A stretch of 64,000 nt of DNA from a virus: the IMG/VR virus record IMGVR_UViG_3300046501_000233, positions 44,081 through 108,080 of that record, one strand, 5' to 3'. The notes beneath the pieces were generated by a model, which did not search any database, was not told the origin of the DNA, and saw nothing but the letters and a program-made list of their open reading frames with translations. Positions 1-9,662 of this stretch are shown here, piece by piece (the stretch's first letter is position 1; each line of letters begins with the position of its first letter). A program made the translations under genes and the position numbers.

Positions 1-1193
1 TGGAGGCTGAACGGCTTGTCCATGCGCGAGCGCTCGGCCACTTCGAGGCTCTCGTAGATCATGTCGGCCGTGCGACGGACCGACAGGTGAGCCCAGAGAG
101 GATCGGTGCTGGTGCTGCGGACGCCCCAGAAGCGGTAGCCGTCGTCGTGGATGACCGTGGTCACCTGCGCGGCGTTCAGCATGTTCGCTTCGCATTCACG
201 ATCGTTGATCATGAAGTCGACGGGACGGCCAGGGCCGCCGATGTTCTGGATCGGCTCGTTGGAGAACGAGTACCAGAAGCCCTTCTCGTTATCGATGCGG
301 GCCTGGATGCCTGCGGCGTAGGCCGAGGCCGGCTTGTTCACGTAGAGCGAGTTCTCGGTATCCCACTTGAGGACGCCGGGATCGATCACGGAGACGCGCT
401 GGCTGCCGTAGTCGCCGCGGTACTGAACCGCATCGGCATAGTTGGTGCCGGGGCCATCCAGGAAGGCAACGGCGCGGAGGCGGCTGGTGATCGCCGACAG
501 GGCGACGCCGACCGGGTTCGCAACGCCGCCGAGGACTGCTCCAGCAGCTGCGTTCGTGCCTTCACCGGTGATGGTGACGGTCGGGGTGCCGCCGGTGTAG
601 CCGAAGCCAGGGTCGGTGATCGAGATGCCGGTCACTGAGCCGCCAACGACCTGAGCAACCGCCGTAGCGGTGCGACCGCCAGCAGCCGGGGCGCCGATGG
701 TGACGTTGGTGGTGGCTGCTACGTAGCCCGTACCAGGGGTGGTGACGTTGATGTTGGCAACGCCGTTCGTCGGGCGGGCGCCGGTCATGCCGGGGGCGAT
801 GAGCAGCTTCGGGATGACCCGGAGCATCGGGCGCGACTTGAGCAGCGACCAGATGCCGGTCTTGGCGGAAGGCGAGCCGACCGCGTTGGACCAGGTCTGA
901 GCATCCTGATTGGCGCCGGAAGCACCTTCGGCGACACGAACCACCACGACGGTGGCAGAGCCCTGACCGTAAATGGCGTCGATGCCGTCGAGCAGCGTTC
1001 CGTTGGTCTTGAGCTGGCCAGCCTTGAGCGTGTCAGCGAAGACAGGGACCGGCGTGTTCAGCGGGAACAGATCGGGGTCTGCATCCGGCGCGGTGCCGAC
1101 GAGGCCGATGACGTTGGACTTGACGGTCTGAACCGGACCGGAGGGGCTGTCGAGTTCGATCGTCTCGATGCCGTGAAGATAATTCGTAGCCAC
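1..1193 (-). CDS. Contractile tail sheath protein (runs off window edge)
   Basis: GTG at 1193 with AAGGAGA RBS. Translates MATNYLHGIETIELDSPSGPVQTVKSNVIGLVGTAPDAD..., a typical P2 FI-like sheath N-terminus. Not in the ORF track because it is truncated. Confidence 0.9.
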   Translation of the reverse strand, partial: MATNYLHGIETIELDSPSGPVQTVKSNVIGLVGTAPDADPDLFPLNTPVPVFADTLKAGQLKTNGTLLDGIDAIYGQGSATVVVVRVAEGASGANQDAQTWSNAVGSPSAKTGIWSLLKSRPMLRVIPKLLIAPGMTGARPTNGVANINVTTPGTGYVAATTNVTIGAPAAGGRTATAVAQVVGGSVTGISITDPGFGYTGGTPTVTITGEGTNAAAGAVLGGVANPVGVALSAITSRLRAVAFLDGPGTNYADAVQYRGDYGSQRVSVIDPGVLKWDTENSLYVNKPASAYAAGIQARIDNEKGFWYSFSNEPIQNIGGPGRPVDFMINDRECEANMLNAAQVTTVIHDDGYRFWGVRSTSTDPLWAHLSVRRTADMIYESLEVAERSRMDKPFSL

Positions 1194-1212
1194 GAAGTGG
1201 TCTCCTTGAAAC

Positions 1213-1240
1213 GAAAAAAGCCGCCCGGTGAGGGCGGCCT
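1213..1240 (-). terminator. Rho-independent terminator upstream of sheath gene
   Basis: GCCGCCC-tcacc-GGGCGGC followed by TTTTTT on minus strand. Confidence 0.75.
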
Positions 1241-1265
1241 TGGTGGTGGGTTGTTGGCGATGTGT

Positions 1266-1691
1266 TTACGGTCGAGAGATCAGTGGGTAGTGGGTCCACT
1301 TCTCTTGTCCGGGGACGATCGTGATGCCCCGCTGGACCGTGATGCTTCCCGACACGAGTCGGTAAATGCCATCGCCAGCAACGAGGACGATGTCATAGTC
1401 GTAGAGGCCGGGCGCCACTTGGGACGTCTCCGACATCTTGATCTGAAGTGCGAACTTGCCAGCAGCGCGGTCGGTGACCACGATCTTCTGATTGTCCGAA
1501 TTGATATTGGCAGCGACGTTGCCGTTGGAGTCCTGCATCTGCATGTAGAACTTCCAGCTGAGGTCGATGGCGAGAGGTTCGTCATCCTTCTTCAGCTGAT
1601 ATTCTCGGCTCCAGTCTTCATTCGTCGCCGCATTAAAGGCATCCAGAATAACATCCGGAGGCGAGTCGATCAGAGAGACCGTGATGCTCAT
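1266..1691 (-). CDS. Virion-associated hypothetical protein (Ig/BppU-like beta fold)
   Basis: 141 aa, GxYxYDIVL motif, ATGA-coupled to upstream gene in the tail module. Confidence 0.55.
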   Translation of the reverse strand: MSITVSLIDSPPDVILDAFNAATNEDWSREYQLKKDDEPLAIDLSWKFYMQMQDSNGNVAANINSDNQKIVVTDRAAGKFALQIKMSETSQVAPGLYDYDIVLVAGDGIYRLVSGSITVQRGITIVPGQEKWTHYPLISRP

Positions 1692-2305
1692 TCCGGTGCT
1701 GGCCTTAGATCCGGGAGAGCTTCTTCAATCTCACCCTTCGTCGTGATCTCGCCGCTCTGGATGCGTCCCTGCACTTCCTCTTCCAAATCGAAAAGGTTCT
1801 GCACATATGCCACGATCTCCTGAGAGATCGCGACGAACAGCGGGCGGGTCAGCGACAACCAGCCGCCATTCGCCTTGAAGCGGATGGGCTCCTGGGCGAT
1901 GCCAAGATCGATTGACTGGATCGCCTGCGCGATAATCGCGCGGGTGTCTCGATCCGTATCCAGCGCGCCGAAGTTCGGGGAGACCATGCCACCAACCTCT
2001 CTGTCATAACGAACCGATGCAAGGTGAGCCATGAGCTGCTCCTTTGTAGGAGCTTCCGGCGACGCGACTTCGAGGATCTGAACGACCGTCCCTTCGACCC
2101 GCTCGTAGCGAGATCCGGTGACAACCATTTCAGGATTGAGAGGGCGCTGGGCAGGCTCGACACGATAGACGCCGACACCCGCCAACTCCTGATCACTCCA
2201 TAGTTCAGTGATCTGCCAGGCATGTGTTACATCCTGGGCTCGGATCGATGATCCGTAAGGCACATCGATAAACGTGCCGTCTTCAAGCTCTTGTGCGATG
2301 AGCAT
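1688..2305 (-). CDS. Tail fibre assembly/chaperone-like protein (DUF4376-like C-terminus)
   Basis: 'RYDREVGG...LDTDRDTRAII...FKANGGW' pattern; position downstream of fibre genes. Confidence 0.65.
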   Translation of the reverse strand: MLIAQELEDGTFIDVPYGSSIRAQDVTHAWQITELWSDQELAGVGVYRVEPAQRPLNPEMVVTGSRYERVEGTVVQILEVASPEAPTKEQLMAHLASVRYDREVGGMVSPNFGALDTDRDTRAIIAQAIQSIDLGIAQEPIRFKANGGWLSLTRPLFVAISQEIVAYVQNLFDLEEEVQGRIQSGEITTKGEIEEALPDLRPAPE

Positions 2306-2308
2306 TTA

Positions 2309-3262
2309 TTATCCCCATGAGGTGTAACAGGCACCATTGCCGCCCCAGCCGCCACCAGTCCGAGAAAGACCGGCGTTGTCGTATGGGTCTCCGCCCGGTC
2401 CACCGCCTTGCCCGACGTTGATGATAAGGCGGGTGCCCGGCGTCAGAATGCCACGAGCAACGCTGCGATACGCGCGACCGCCGTAACCACCAGGTCCCGA
2501 GTAGACATCGTTCTCCCACGCATAAGTGTACCCGCCAGCGCCGCCGCCAGCGCCGCCAGCGTAGACGTTGCCGTCACCGCCTTGAGCATTGCCGTGACCG
2601 CCACCGCCGCCGTTGTAGAATGATCCGATGCCGCCGGAGATGCCGTAGTACGAGGCACCACCACCGCCGCCAGCCCATCCGATGACGTTGACCTTGCCGC
2701 CGCCGGTTTCCTCGTCATAAATCTGCGAGTAGCCACCAGCGCCGCCGGGGTTGGCGTTAATCCAGCCGGGCGGAACACTAGAGTTGTATCCCAACGGGGA
2801 GCCACCACCTCCGCCAGCTCCGTACACATCGAAGTTGAACACGCTGTGGTACGGGATCGTGAGAGCGTACTGCCCCGGAGACCCCCATGAGGCGGACCCG
2901 CCTGAAACGGCGACAGTCACGACGTACCAAATCGCGTTGGCCTTTCCGACCGTCACCGACATGGATGCCGTGGCGCTGAAGGTGTTCGAAGAGGTCTGGC
3001 GTAACTGAATACACTGACCCTTCTTGATGCTTCCGAAGGTCGACCAATCCTGAATGACTTGCGTCTGGGTGGCGTCCAAGACTCTGAACTGGCCGGTGTT
3101 GACCGTCACCGGAACAGGAACACTGATGCCGGTGATCTGCACGATGTTCGAGGACTGGAGACTGTTCGGGGCCACGCCATTGAGCTGCGTGAACGCGAAC
3201 GGGTTCGGCATCATATCGATGTCGGCGCCGCCGATGCGCGCCTTCAGGAATGGCAACATCAT
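2309..3262 (-). CDS. Glycine-rich tail fibre/receptor-binding protein
   Basis: GAGGGGG and GGxGGxG repeats in the C-terminal half; TAATG coupling at 3262. Confidence 0.7.
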   Translation of the reverse strand: MMLPFLKARIGGADIDMMPNPFAFTQLNGVAPNSLQSSNIVQITGISVPVPVTVNTGQFRVLDATQTQVIQDWSTFGSIKKGQCIQLRQTSSNTFSATASMSVTVGKANAIWYVVTVAVSGGSASWGSPGQYALTIPYHSVFNFDVYGAGGGGGSPLGYNSSVPPGWINANPGGAGGYSQIYDEETGGGKVNVIGWAGGGGGASYYGISGGIGSFYNGGGGGHGNAQGGDGNVYAGGAGGGAGGYTYAWENDVYSGPGGYGGRAYRSVARGILTPGTRLIINVGQGGGPGGDPYDNAGLSRTGGGWGGNGACYTSWG

Positions 3263-4428
3263 TACGGTGTCACCTTCCATCCGGCAGCGATGACGTCACC
3301 GTTCCAGGCGCCAGCGCTAGTTACGATGACAGCGTAGCCATTGGCGGCAGTTGCCACCTCGGGAGCAGATCCACTTGGCCATTTGAACTTGGTATTCCAG
3401 CTCACCGTGCGACCGCCCGTGGCATCCTGAAGGAAGGCCAACTCAAACGGCGCTCCGTCCTTGAGGTTGGAGACGTCGATGGTGACGTTGCCAACAAGCG
3501 TGGCGCGGAAGCGAGCGCCGGTATTGGCGTCGATGGTCACAGCGCCCGTGATATTGCCAAGCGGCACCCACTTCGCTGCTTCCCACGCCTGATCGTTCGT
3601 GACGATTGCGGTGTTGGCCTTCGAGCGAAGCTCGGCAGCAGTCGCGGCGTTTCGCGTCGCGGTATTGCCAAGCTCAAGCGACGTACGGGCAACCGACTTG
3701 TCAGTCAGGCTGGCCAGATTGTCGGACTTGCCGAGGTAGTTCTCCGGATCCCAGACTTCCGCGCGATCGGCTGCCGCGATGGCAGCGTTTCGAGCAGCGA
3801 TCGACGTTGAAGCGTCGGCTCCCGTCTGCACTCGGTCAGCAGCAGTCTTGACCGCATCCGCAGCAGCGCTCGTGCGCGATGCGAAAGCATTGACGCGGGC
3901 GGCTTCGATCTGGGTCAAGTAGGCCTGAGCAGCCAGATTGGATCCTGCGGTTGCTCCGATCCACCAATCGTTGAAGGGACCGGGATTGCCGTAGATCGAC
4001 AGGATCGTGACCATCAGGGTTCCGGTCGACTTCTCGTAGGAAATCAGCCGGCCGATGGCGTAATCGGTGGCGTTCGCCTCGCGCGTGATGGCGACGAAGG
4101 GCGTCGGGGTAAAGAGGTCTCGCTTGACCTCGTCATTAATGATGAACGTGACGCTCTGGTCATTGACCAGCGTGCGTTCACTGTTCGACTCCGCAGTCAG
4201 GAAGCCCATCGCGGACAACTGCTGAATGCGCTGATACGCAGGCAGGATGGCGTCATTCAGACGCGCGAGCCCAACCAGACGAAGATCGTTGACCGCCGCC
4301 TCCCACGAAGGGGTGAAAGGCTCAAGGCTGCGGAGGCGAGTATCAATCACCTCCATAGCTTTGTTCAGACGCTCGGCGTCAAAATCTTCCGTATCCTTGA
4401 ACGTAAGCTCAGGGTAGCTGCTTGACAT
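3262..4428 (-). CDS. Tail fibre protein
   Basis: Ala-rich coiled region, 'NLASLTDKSVARTSLELG' fibre motif, C-terminal 'QDATGGRTVSW' domain. Confidence 0.7.
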   Translation of the reverse strand: MSSSYPELTFKDTEDFDAERLNKAMEVIDTRLRSLEPFTPSWEAAVNDLRLVGLARLNDAILPAYQRIQQLSAMGFLTAESNSERTLVNDQSVTFIINDEVKRDLFTPTPFVAITREANATDYAIGRLISYEKSTGTLMVTILSIYGNPGPFNDWWIGATAGSNLAAQAYLTQIEAARVNAFASRTSAAADAVKTAADRVQTGADASTSIAARNAAIAAADRAEVWDPENYLGKSDNLASLTDKSVARTSLELGNTATRNAATAAELRSKANTAIVTNDQAWEAAKWVPLGNITGAVTIDANTGARFRATLVGNVTIDVSNLKDGAPFELAFLQDATGGRTVSWNTKFKWPSGSAPEVATAANGYAVIVTSAGAWNGDVIAAGWKVTP

Positions 4429-4594
4429 CTGCAACCACTCCCGCTGCATTCATCGCATCGAGCGTCACCTGGTCGACCACATGGTGGTTGCCAGGCAGAT
4501 ACCAAAACTGGTGCAGCTCGAAGCGACCATTCAGCGTGACGTCGTAGCGGACGTCATCACCCGCCGGAGCGGGTTCAGACTTTTTGGCGGCCAT
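4409..4594 (-). CDS. Small tail-associated hypothetical protein
   Basis: 61 aa, AAGGA RBS, overlaps next gene. Confidence 0.55.
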   Translation of the reverse strand: MAAKKSEPAPAGDDVRYDVTLNGRFELHQFWYLPGNHHVVDQVTLDAMNAAGVVADVKQLP

Positions 4595-4627
4595 TGGATT
4601 GTCCTTGTGAGAGGAGGAGCTACGCGC

Positions 4628-6889
4628 TTAGAGCGCGTAGTCCTTCTGGAATGCGACGTGGAACAGCTTCTGGTTCGAAGTCGTGTCGATCTTCGTCATG
4701 ACCCGATACTGGGTGACGGAGGCGCCGAGGTTGAACACGTAGGTTCGCTCGGTGGAGCCATCGACAGGATCGATGACCGTGGTGGCGCTCGACGGATTAA
4801 CCTGAGTGGCGAAGCCAGCACCCGTCATCAGCTTGACTGCCGCGGTGTGGTAAGCCGGCTCCATGAACTCGTAACGCTCGATCACTCGGATCTGCGTCGA
4901 GGCCACTGGCAGCGTGCGGGTCTGCGTGATGTGCGTCGCGGTGATATCCGGACGCGACACGAGCACCGAGCTGTCGAGCAGGTTGATTGCCGCCTGACAG
5001 TCGACCGAACCGTTGAACACTGCGCGGAGCGGCAGCAACGGAGGAACCGAACCACCCTGGCCAAGCAGGTACTTCTCGGGCTCCTGCAGATTGTACCAGA
5101 TGCCGCCGACCTGGATCTCGTAAGAGAGGGTCGCGCCGGCCGGGACGATCGTGCCGGCGATGAGGTCGATGCCGAGGATGCCGCCGGACAGCTGCAGCGG
5201 AGCGAGCGTGACGACCTGTCGAGCCTGCTTGAACTTGCAGCGGTAGAGACGCATCCACAGATCGCGGAATGCATCGCCCTGCGCATATGCACCGTCCAGC
5301 ACGTAGAAGAACGTGCCCTGGGTGAACTGCTGGCCTGGGACCGTACCAACCCAGTGGTCGGCGGCGGTGGTCAGCACGAGTGCGTAACGCTTGCCGCCCT
5401 GCAGATAAGTCGGCTGCAGCGGGACCGTGGTCTCGGTGTTCAGCTTCATGTCTGCGCGGAGCAGCGTGGTCTCGGCGATGACCTTCTTCAGGTCAGGCAG
5501 GCCGAAATCGGAGACCTCGACGATAGCGACGTGGATCGAACCTTCGGCAGCGAGCCGCGTGATCCAGATGCCGACCGCGTCGAGCCACATGTTCTGGCCC
5601 TGGAGCCAGGTCTCGGCGATCTGGGCGCCCGTCACCGTCTTGGTGATGGTCACCTTGTCCCAATAGGGTTCGTCGTAGGTGTCGATCCAGATCTGCCGCA
5701 GACGGATCCAGTTGTGGCCTGGATAGTCGATCATGGTGATCGACTCGACCTCGTAAGTTTCGCCGTCGCGATAGAAGCGCGAGCCGCCGTCGTAGGCGCC
5801 CGTCTGCCACCAGAGGCTGTTCGAACAGACCGTAAATTCGGCGCCGTAGCGGATGCGCTGACGTGCAACGGTCCGCTGCACCATGTCGAAAGACGACTGC
5901 GAGTAAGCCGCGATCTGGGTTTCGGCAACGATGCCGCCCGACAGCAGCCAGGCTTCGCGGTCATAAGCCGGAAGCAGCATGCCGTTCTTGATGTTGGCGG
6001 CGGGATCGAGCGGGTTGAAGATCTGCAGAGCGGACGAGCCCTCCGCAGCGTTCGGCATACGAATGCCCTCTTCCACCTTCACATGCGACAACGGATCGTC
6101 GAGCTTCGACTTGACGTGATCGAGGAAGAAGTTGGCGCTGGAGTCGACTGCGGTTGAGAGAACACCGTTCTTCGCTTCCAGAACCGCGAGGCGCTGGAGC
6201 GTACGGCCGAGCGAAGCCTGGTCGGCCTGGCCCTGGTTGCCCTGAGCCTTGATGCCGGCGATGTCGGATGCGAGCGTCTTGATCTGGAAGCCGGCCGAGA
6301 CCTCAAACTCTTCCAAATCGACGATGCGATCTTCGTGACCTTGCACGCTGGGGAGCTTATTGCTCTCGACCATCGTGATGGTGTCGACACCAGTGGGGCT
6401 CAGCGTCACCAGTGCGATGATCGTGTAGCCTACGTCGACCAGCGGTGCGGTCGGATCCGGCGCTTCCGTGCCGATCATGACGTTCAGGTTGGCGATGCGC
6501 GAATGCACCATCGGCACAGCCTGCGGCTCGGCCTGACGGGTCTCAGCGTTGATCAGGAACTGGCGCGGACGAATATCGACGTCAGCTTCCGTGCCCCAGG
6601 TGACGATCGCCGCAATCTTCTTGCCGGCAACCGGCAGCTGCGTGATGAAGTCCTTGGACCAGCTGGTCGTGCCCGAGCTGTAAACCTTACCCGCCGAATA
6701 GAGCCGGCCAGTAGCGACCGAGATCTGCGTGACCGCAGACTTGGTTACGCCGAAGCCGGTGTATTTGGCGCGGTCCGTGATGCCGTCGAGAACGACGTGA
6801 TCCAGAGCCGCCTCGGCGAAATCCTGCAACGACGTGAAGTCGGTCGGATCATCGTCGATGTTCGGGTGAAAGATAATCTTATTTTCCAC
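4628..6889 (-). CDS. Large baseplate wedge/tail structural protein
   Basis: 753 aa with strong codon bias and AGGAG RBS; follows the gpI-like gene. Confidence 0.65.
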   Translation of the reverse strand: MENKIIFHPNIDDDPTDFTSLQDFAEAALDHVVLDGITDRAKYTGFGVTKSAVTQISVATGRLYSAGKVYSSGTTSWSKDFITQLPVAGKKIAAIVTWGTEADVDIRPRQFLINAETRQAEPQAVPMVHSRIANLNVMIGTEAPDPTAPLVDVGYTIIALVTLSPTGVDTITMVESNKLPSVQGHEDRIVDLEEFEVSAGFQIKTLASDIAGIKAQGNQGQADQASLGRTLQRLAVLEAKNGVLSTAVDSSANFFLDHVKSKLDDPLSHVKVEEGIRMPNAAEGSSALQIFNPLDPAANIKNGMLLPAYDREAWLLSGGIVAETQIAAYSQSSFDMVQRTVARQRIRYGAEFTVCSNSLWWQTGAYDGGSRFYRDGETYEVESITMIDYPGHNWIRLRQIWIDTYDEPYWDKVTITKTVTGAQIAETWLQGQNMWLDAVGIWITRLAAEGSIHVAIVEVSDFGLPDLKKVIAETTLLRADMKLNTETTVPLQPTYLQGGKRYALVLTTAADHWVGTVPGQQFTQGTFFYVLDGAYAQGDAFRDLWMRLYRCKFKQARQVVTLAPLQLSGGILGIDLIAGTIVPAGATLSYEIQVGGIWYNLQEPEKYLLGQGGSVPPLLPLRAVFNGSVDCQAAINLLDSSVLVSRPDITATHITQTRTLPVASTQIRVIERYEFMEPAYHTAAVKLMTGAGFATQVNPSSATTVIDPVDGSTERTYVFNLGASVTQYRVMTKIDTTSNQKLFHVAFQKDYAL

Positions 6890-6907
6890 AGTGGTCTCCT
6901 GCGCCGC

Positions 6908-8140
6908 TTACGCGACTGGTTTGATTTCACCGAGCTTGAAGGAGCCAAGCTTCCGCCTGTCCCCGAGGCGCACGACCCGGTGAGTGATGGTGTTGACGAG
7001 GACGGTGTCTCGAAGCGGCTTCGCGGCGACGATCGCGTCGCAGGCGTTCCAGAGCTTCGAATTGTCGGTGATCATCCGGAAACCGTTCCGGAAGCGCCCG
7101 CCAAATCCCCTTGATGGTGATCGCTTGCTGAAGACTTCGACCTTCGCTTCGGCGGTGAAGGCTTGGATGCCGTAGCGCGAATGGCCGCGATACCACTTGG
7201 CCCGAAGACCAGCTGGCAGATCAGCCTTGTCGTGAAGAGAGAGTCGGTCGTAAACGAACTGAGCAGCGACCGTTTCGGTGCGGAAGTGACCGTCACCGCG
7301 GAACGACTTTGCAAAGGAGCGAAAGTTCTCCGCCGGCCGCGGCGTGTGGCGCTCGTAGATCGGGACCGGCTTGACGTTCTGAGGTGTCAAACCAGGCGTG
7401 ATAGAGACCAGCTCGGAGGCGGCCTGGCTAATGCGAACCGTGACGATGTGGTCGGCGGCGTCAGACAGTTCGTAGAAGCCGTGACCACGAAACCCGGTGG
7501 AGCGGAAGTCGCGGGTGACAATCCCGGCGAAGTGAAGCCGATCGACCGTGAGGCCGCCCAGCTCAACCGTGGACTCCAATCGAACCGGGACTTCAACGCC
7601 CTGACGATAGAGTGTTGCTCGCCGCCCGTAGATGCTGGGGCCGATGCTCTTCTCGCGGAAGTTATCGTTCCGGAAGGTGTAGCGCGGCATGCGGAAGTCG
7701 CGGGGGCCGGCGGGATCACGGATCAGGAACGGGTAGACACGAAGCTGCGGGAGCTTCCCGAGCCATTCGAGGAATACCTCGTTCGTCATGGCGGGGATGC
7801 GATACCCCCGCGCAGGCGGAACGATCAGCTCGCGAAGCTTGGCGTCGACCAGTTCGAGATATGTCGCGACACCAAGCTCGGTGCCCTTCATACGGTGATG
7901 ATCGACCGCGTCGGCGACGACACGGCGCTTCTTGTCCTCGCTCCAGTCAGGATCCCAGATGTCGACCGACATAGACCAGGCCAGGTAGGCCAGGTCGTCG
8001 ATGTGACACTTCCAAGGGTTCCAGAGATTGCGCAGGCGTTCGGTGTCGAGCGCCAGCAGTCGTTCAACCTGCGATGCCAGCGTGCGCTCATAGAACGTCG
8101 CGTTCGGCGGCAGGATGCCTTCCAACAGCCGAGCGGCCAT
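6908..8140 (-). CDS. Phage tail protein I (P2 gpI-like baseplate wedge)
   Basis: 'LLPPNAT...LWNPWKC...LAYLAWSMSVDIWDPDWSEDKKR...HRMKGT'-type Tail_P2_I signature. Confidence 0.9.
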   Translation of the reverse strand: MAARLLEGILPPNATFYERTLASQVERLLALDTERLRNLWNPWKCHIDDLAYLAWSMSVDIWDPDWSEDKKRRVVADAVDHHRMKGTELGVATYLELVDAKLRELIVPPARGYRIPAMTNEVFLEWLGKLPQLRVYPFLIRDPAGPRDFRMPRYTFRNDNFREKSIGPSIYGRRATLYRQGVEVPVRLESTVELGGLTVDRLHFAGIVTRDFRSTGFRGHGFYELSDAADHIVTVRISQAASELVSITPGLTPQNVKPVPIYERHTPRPAENFRSFAKSFRGDGHFRTETVAAQFVYDRLSLHDKADLPAGLRAKWYRGHSRYGIQAFTAEAKVEVFSKRSPSRGFGGRFRNGFRMITDNSKLWNACDAIVAAKPLRDTVLVNTITHRVVRLGDRRKLGSFKLGEIKPVA

Positions 8141-8143
8141 GGG

Positions 8144-9013
8144 TTACTCCTGACGAGTGTTTAAGACCTGCACGCTTGCGGAGTTGATCCAGACGACGGC
8201 GTTGGTGCCGACATCGATGTCGGTGAAGTCGATCTCGACATCCTGCACACCCTCTTGCGTGAGGGCGGCGAGCACTGCAGTGCGCTTCAGATCTCGACCG
8301 ATGATCGAGACCCGCTGCCGCAGATTGGTCAGCGCTTTGTTAATGTCATTCAGAACGACCGAAGCGTCGGGGCCGGGGTAGAGCCTGATGTAGGCGTTCA
8401 GATCCGCAGGGATCTTGGTGACGGGTACGACGGCGATTTCATCCGTCAGCGGCTTGATGCCTTTTTGCATCAGCTTGTCGTAGACGGCGTCCAGAAGCGT
8501 CGACGTGGGGACCGGTTCGTTGCCCTTCGCCATCACGGTGACGGTCACACGGCCTGTGCCGCGCTCCGCAACCACGGTAACGTCGTGGACATCCGCTGAG
8601 ACGCTGAGGGCGTGATAGATATACGCGCCGTGCGATCCCGCGGTCGAGAAGGTCTCCATCGAGATCTGAATGCGACGACGGAAATGATCATCCAGCTCGT
8701 TGGTGAGCCGGAAGCACTGGAAGCGAGCGCCGATAACGTCGAGATCGGACCCGGTGGCGAAAGGCAGCATGACTGCCCGAGCCGCAGCGTTGATGCGCTG
8801 CCGGACGATCATCTCGCCGTAGGCCTCGGTTTCCAGAATGATGTTGGTGCCGGACTGCTCCAGCTTCAGCGCTGCGGCGAGTGCCGGGTTCTTCTCCAGA
8901 ACCTCGGCCTTGTAGATCGCGAGCAGAGCTTCGTAAGTGATCTCCTCGATCACCTTCGGGGGAGGAAGGCGAGCGAAGTCGATATAAAGGCGGGGTGACT
9001 CGAAAGACGGCAT
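8144..9013 (-). CDS. Baseplate J-like protein
   Basis: 'RQRINAAARAVMLPFATGSDLD...FSTAGSHGAYIYHALS...IKPLTDEI' gpJ signature. Confidence 0.92.
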   Translation of the reverse strand: MPSFESPRLYIDFARLPPPKVIEEITYEALLAIYKAEVLEKNPALAAALKLEQSGTNIILETEAYGEMIVRQRINAAARAVMLPFATGSDLDVIGARFQCFRLTNELDDHFRRRIQISMETFSTAGSHGAYIYHALSVSADVHDVTVVAERGTGRVTVTVMAKGNEPVPTSTLLDAVYDKLMQKGIKPLTDEIAVVPVTKIPADLNAYIRLYPGPDASVVLNDINKALTNLRQRVSIIGRDLKRTAVLAALTQEGVQDVEIDFTDIDVGTNAVVWINSASVQVLNTRQE

Positions 9014-9045
9014 GTTCCCTCTTGATGATCAGAGTGGACGCCGCA

Positions 9046-9399
9046 TCAGACGAGCGTTGTTCGGACCGATTTGATTGCGCTCTCAACGAGATCGACACCT
9101 TCAGTGGTGATGGTGATCGAGCCATCCGGGCCAAGGGAGTCGATCACTACGCGCCGGACTTTGAACTCCGGCTCGTATGTGTTGATCGCTGCGATGGCGG
9201 CCATGATGCCGTTCATCAGGACTTCCTCGTTTCCGGGCTTGTCCTGCATGTCGAGAAAACTCGATCCCCACCAAAGGCGCATGATGCGCCAGCGCAATCG
9301 CGTGGTGAGGATGGTCCTGATGCTCTGCTTGATGCGCGGCCAGCCCGAGATGTACTCCCCAGTGTCCCGGTCGATATCGACCAGGTACTCGGTAGCCAT
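9046..9399 (-). CDS. Baseplate W / gp25-like protein
   Basis: 'IDRDTG...IKQSIRTILTT...RIMR..WGS...YEP' GPW_gp25 signature. Confidence 0.9.
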   Translation of the reverse strand: MATEYLVDIDRDTGEYISGWPRIKQSIRTILTTRLRWRIMRLWWGSSFLDMQDKPGNEEVLMNGIMAAIAAINTYEPEFKVRRVVIDSLGPDGSITITTEGVDLVESAIKSVRTTLV

Positions 9400-9411
9400 G
9401 GCGGCCTCGCT

Positions 9412-9651
9412 TTACTTCCGGCGCTTGGCCGGCTTGTCTTCGGAGTCGACTTCCAAGAGGTGGATGTCGAACGAGCTGGTTGCGACTTCGTCGGTTTCTG
9501 CCGGAGCAGTAGCCGGCGCGTCGGCGGGCTTCTTCGCCAGCGCGTGGCCGAGATACTTGGCTTCGGCGTCCGTCAGCTCGATCGGAGTTCCGACTGCGAC
9601 CAGAAGGCCATGTCGCCAGATCTCGGTCGTGGTGGTGTAGGTCTTCTTCAT
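9412..9651 (-). CDS. Small hypothetical protein between gpV and gpW
   Basis: MKKTY...GTPIELTDAEAKYL, AAGGA RBS; similar small genes occur at this position in P2-like tails. Confidence 0.55.
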   Translation of the reverse strand: MKKTYTTTTEIWRHGLLVAVGTPIELTDAEAKYLGHALAKKPADAPATAPAETDEVATSSFDIHLLEVDSEDKPAKRRK

Positions 9652-9662
9652 TCTTCTTTTCC

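Noticed and set aside
2309-4428. Diversity-generating retroelement or invertible tail fibre segment
   Set aside because: No reverse transcriptase, template/variable repeat pair, invertase or flanking inverted repeats are visible in the window.
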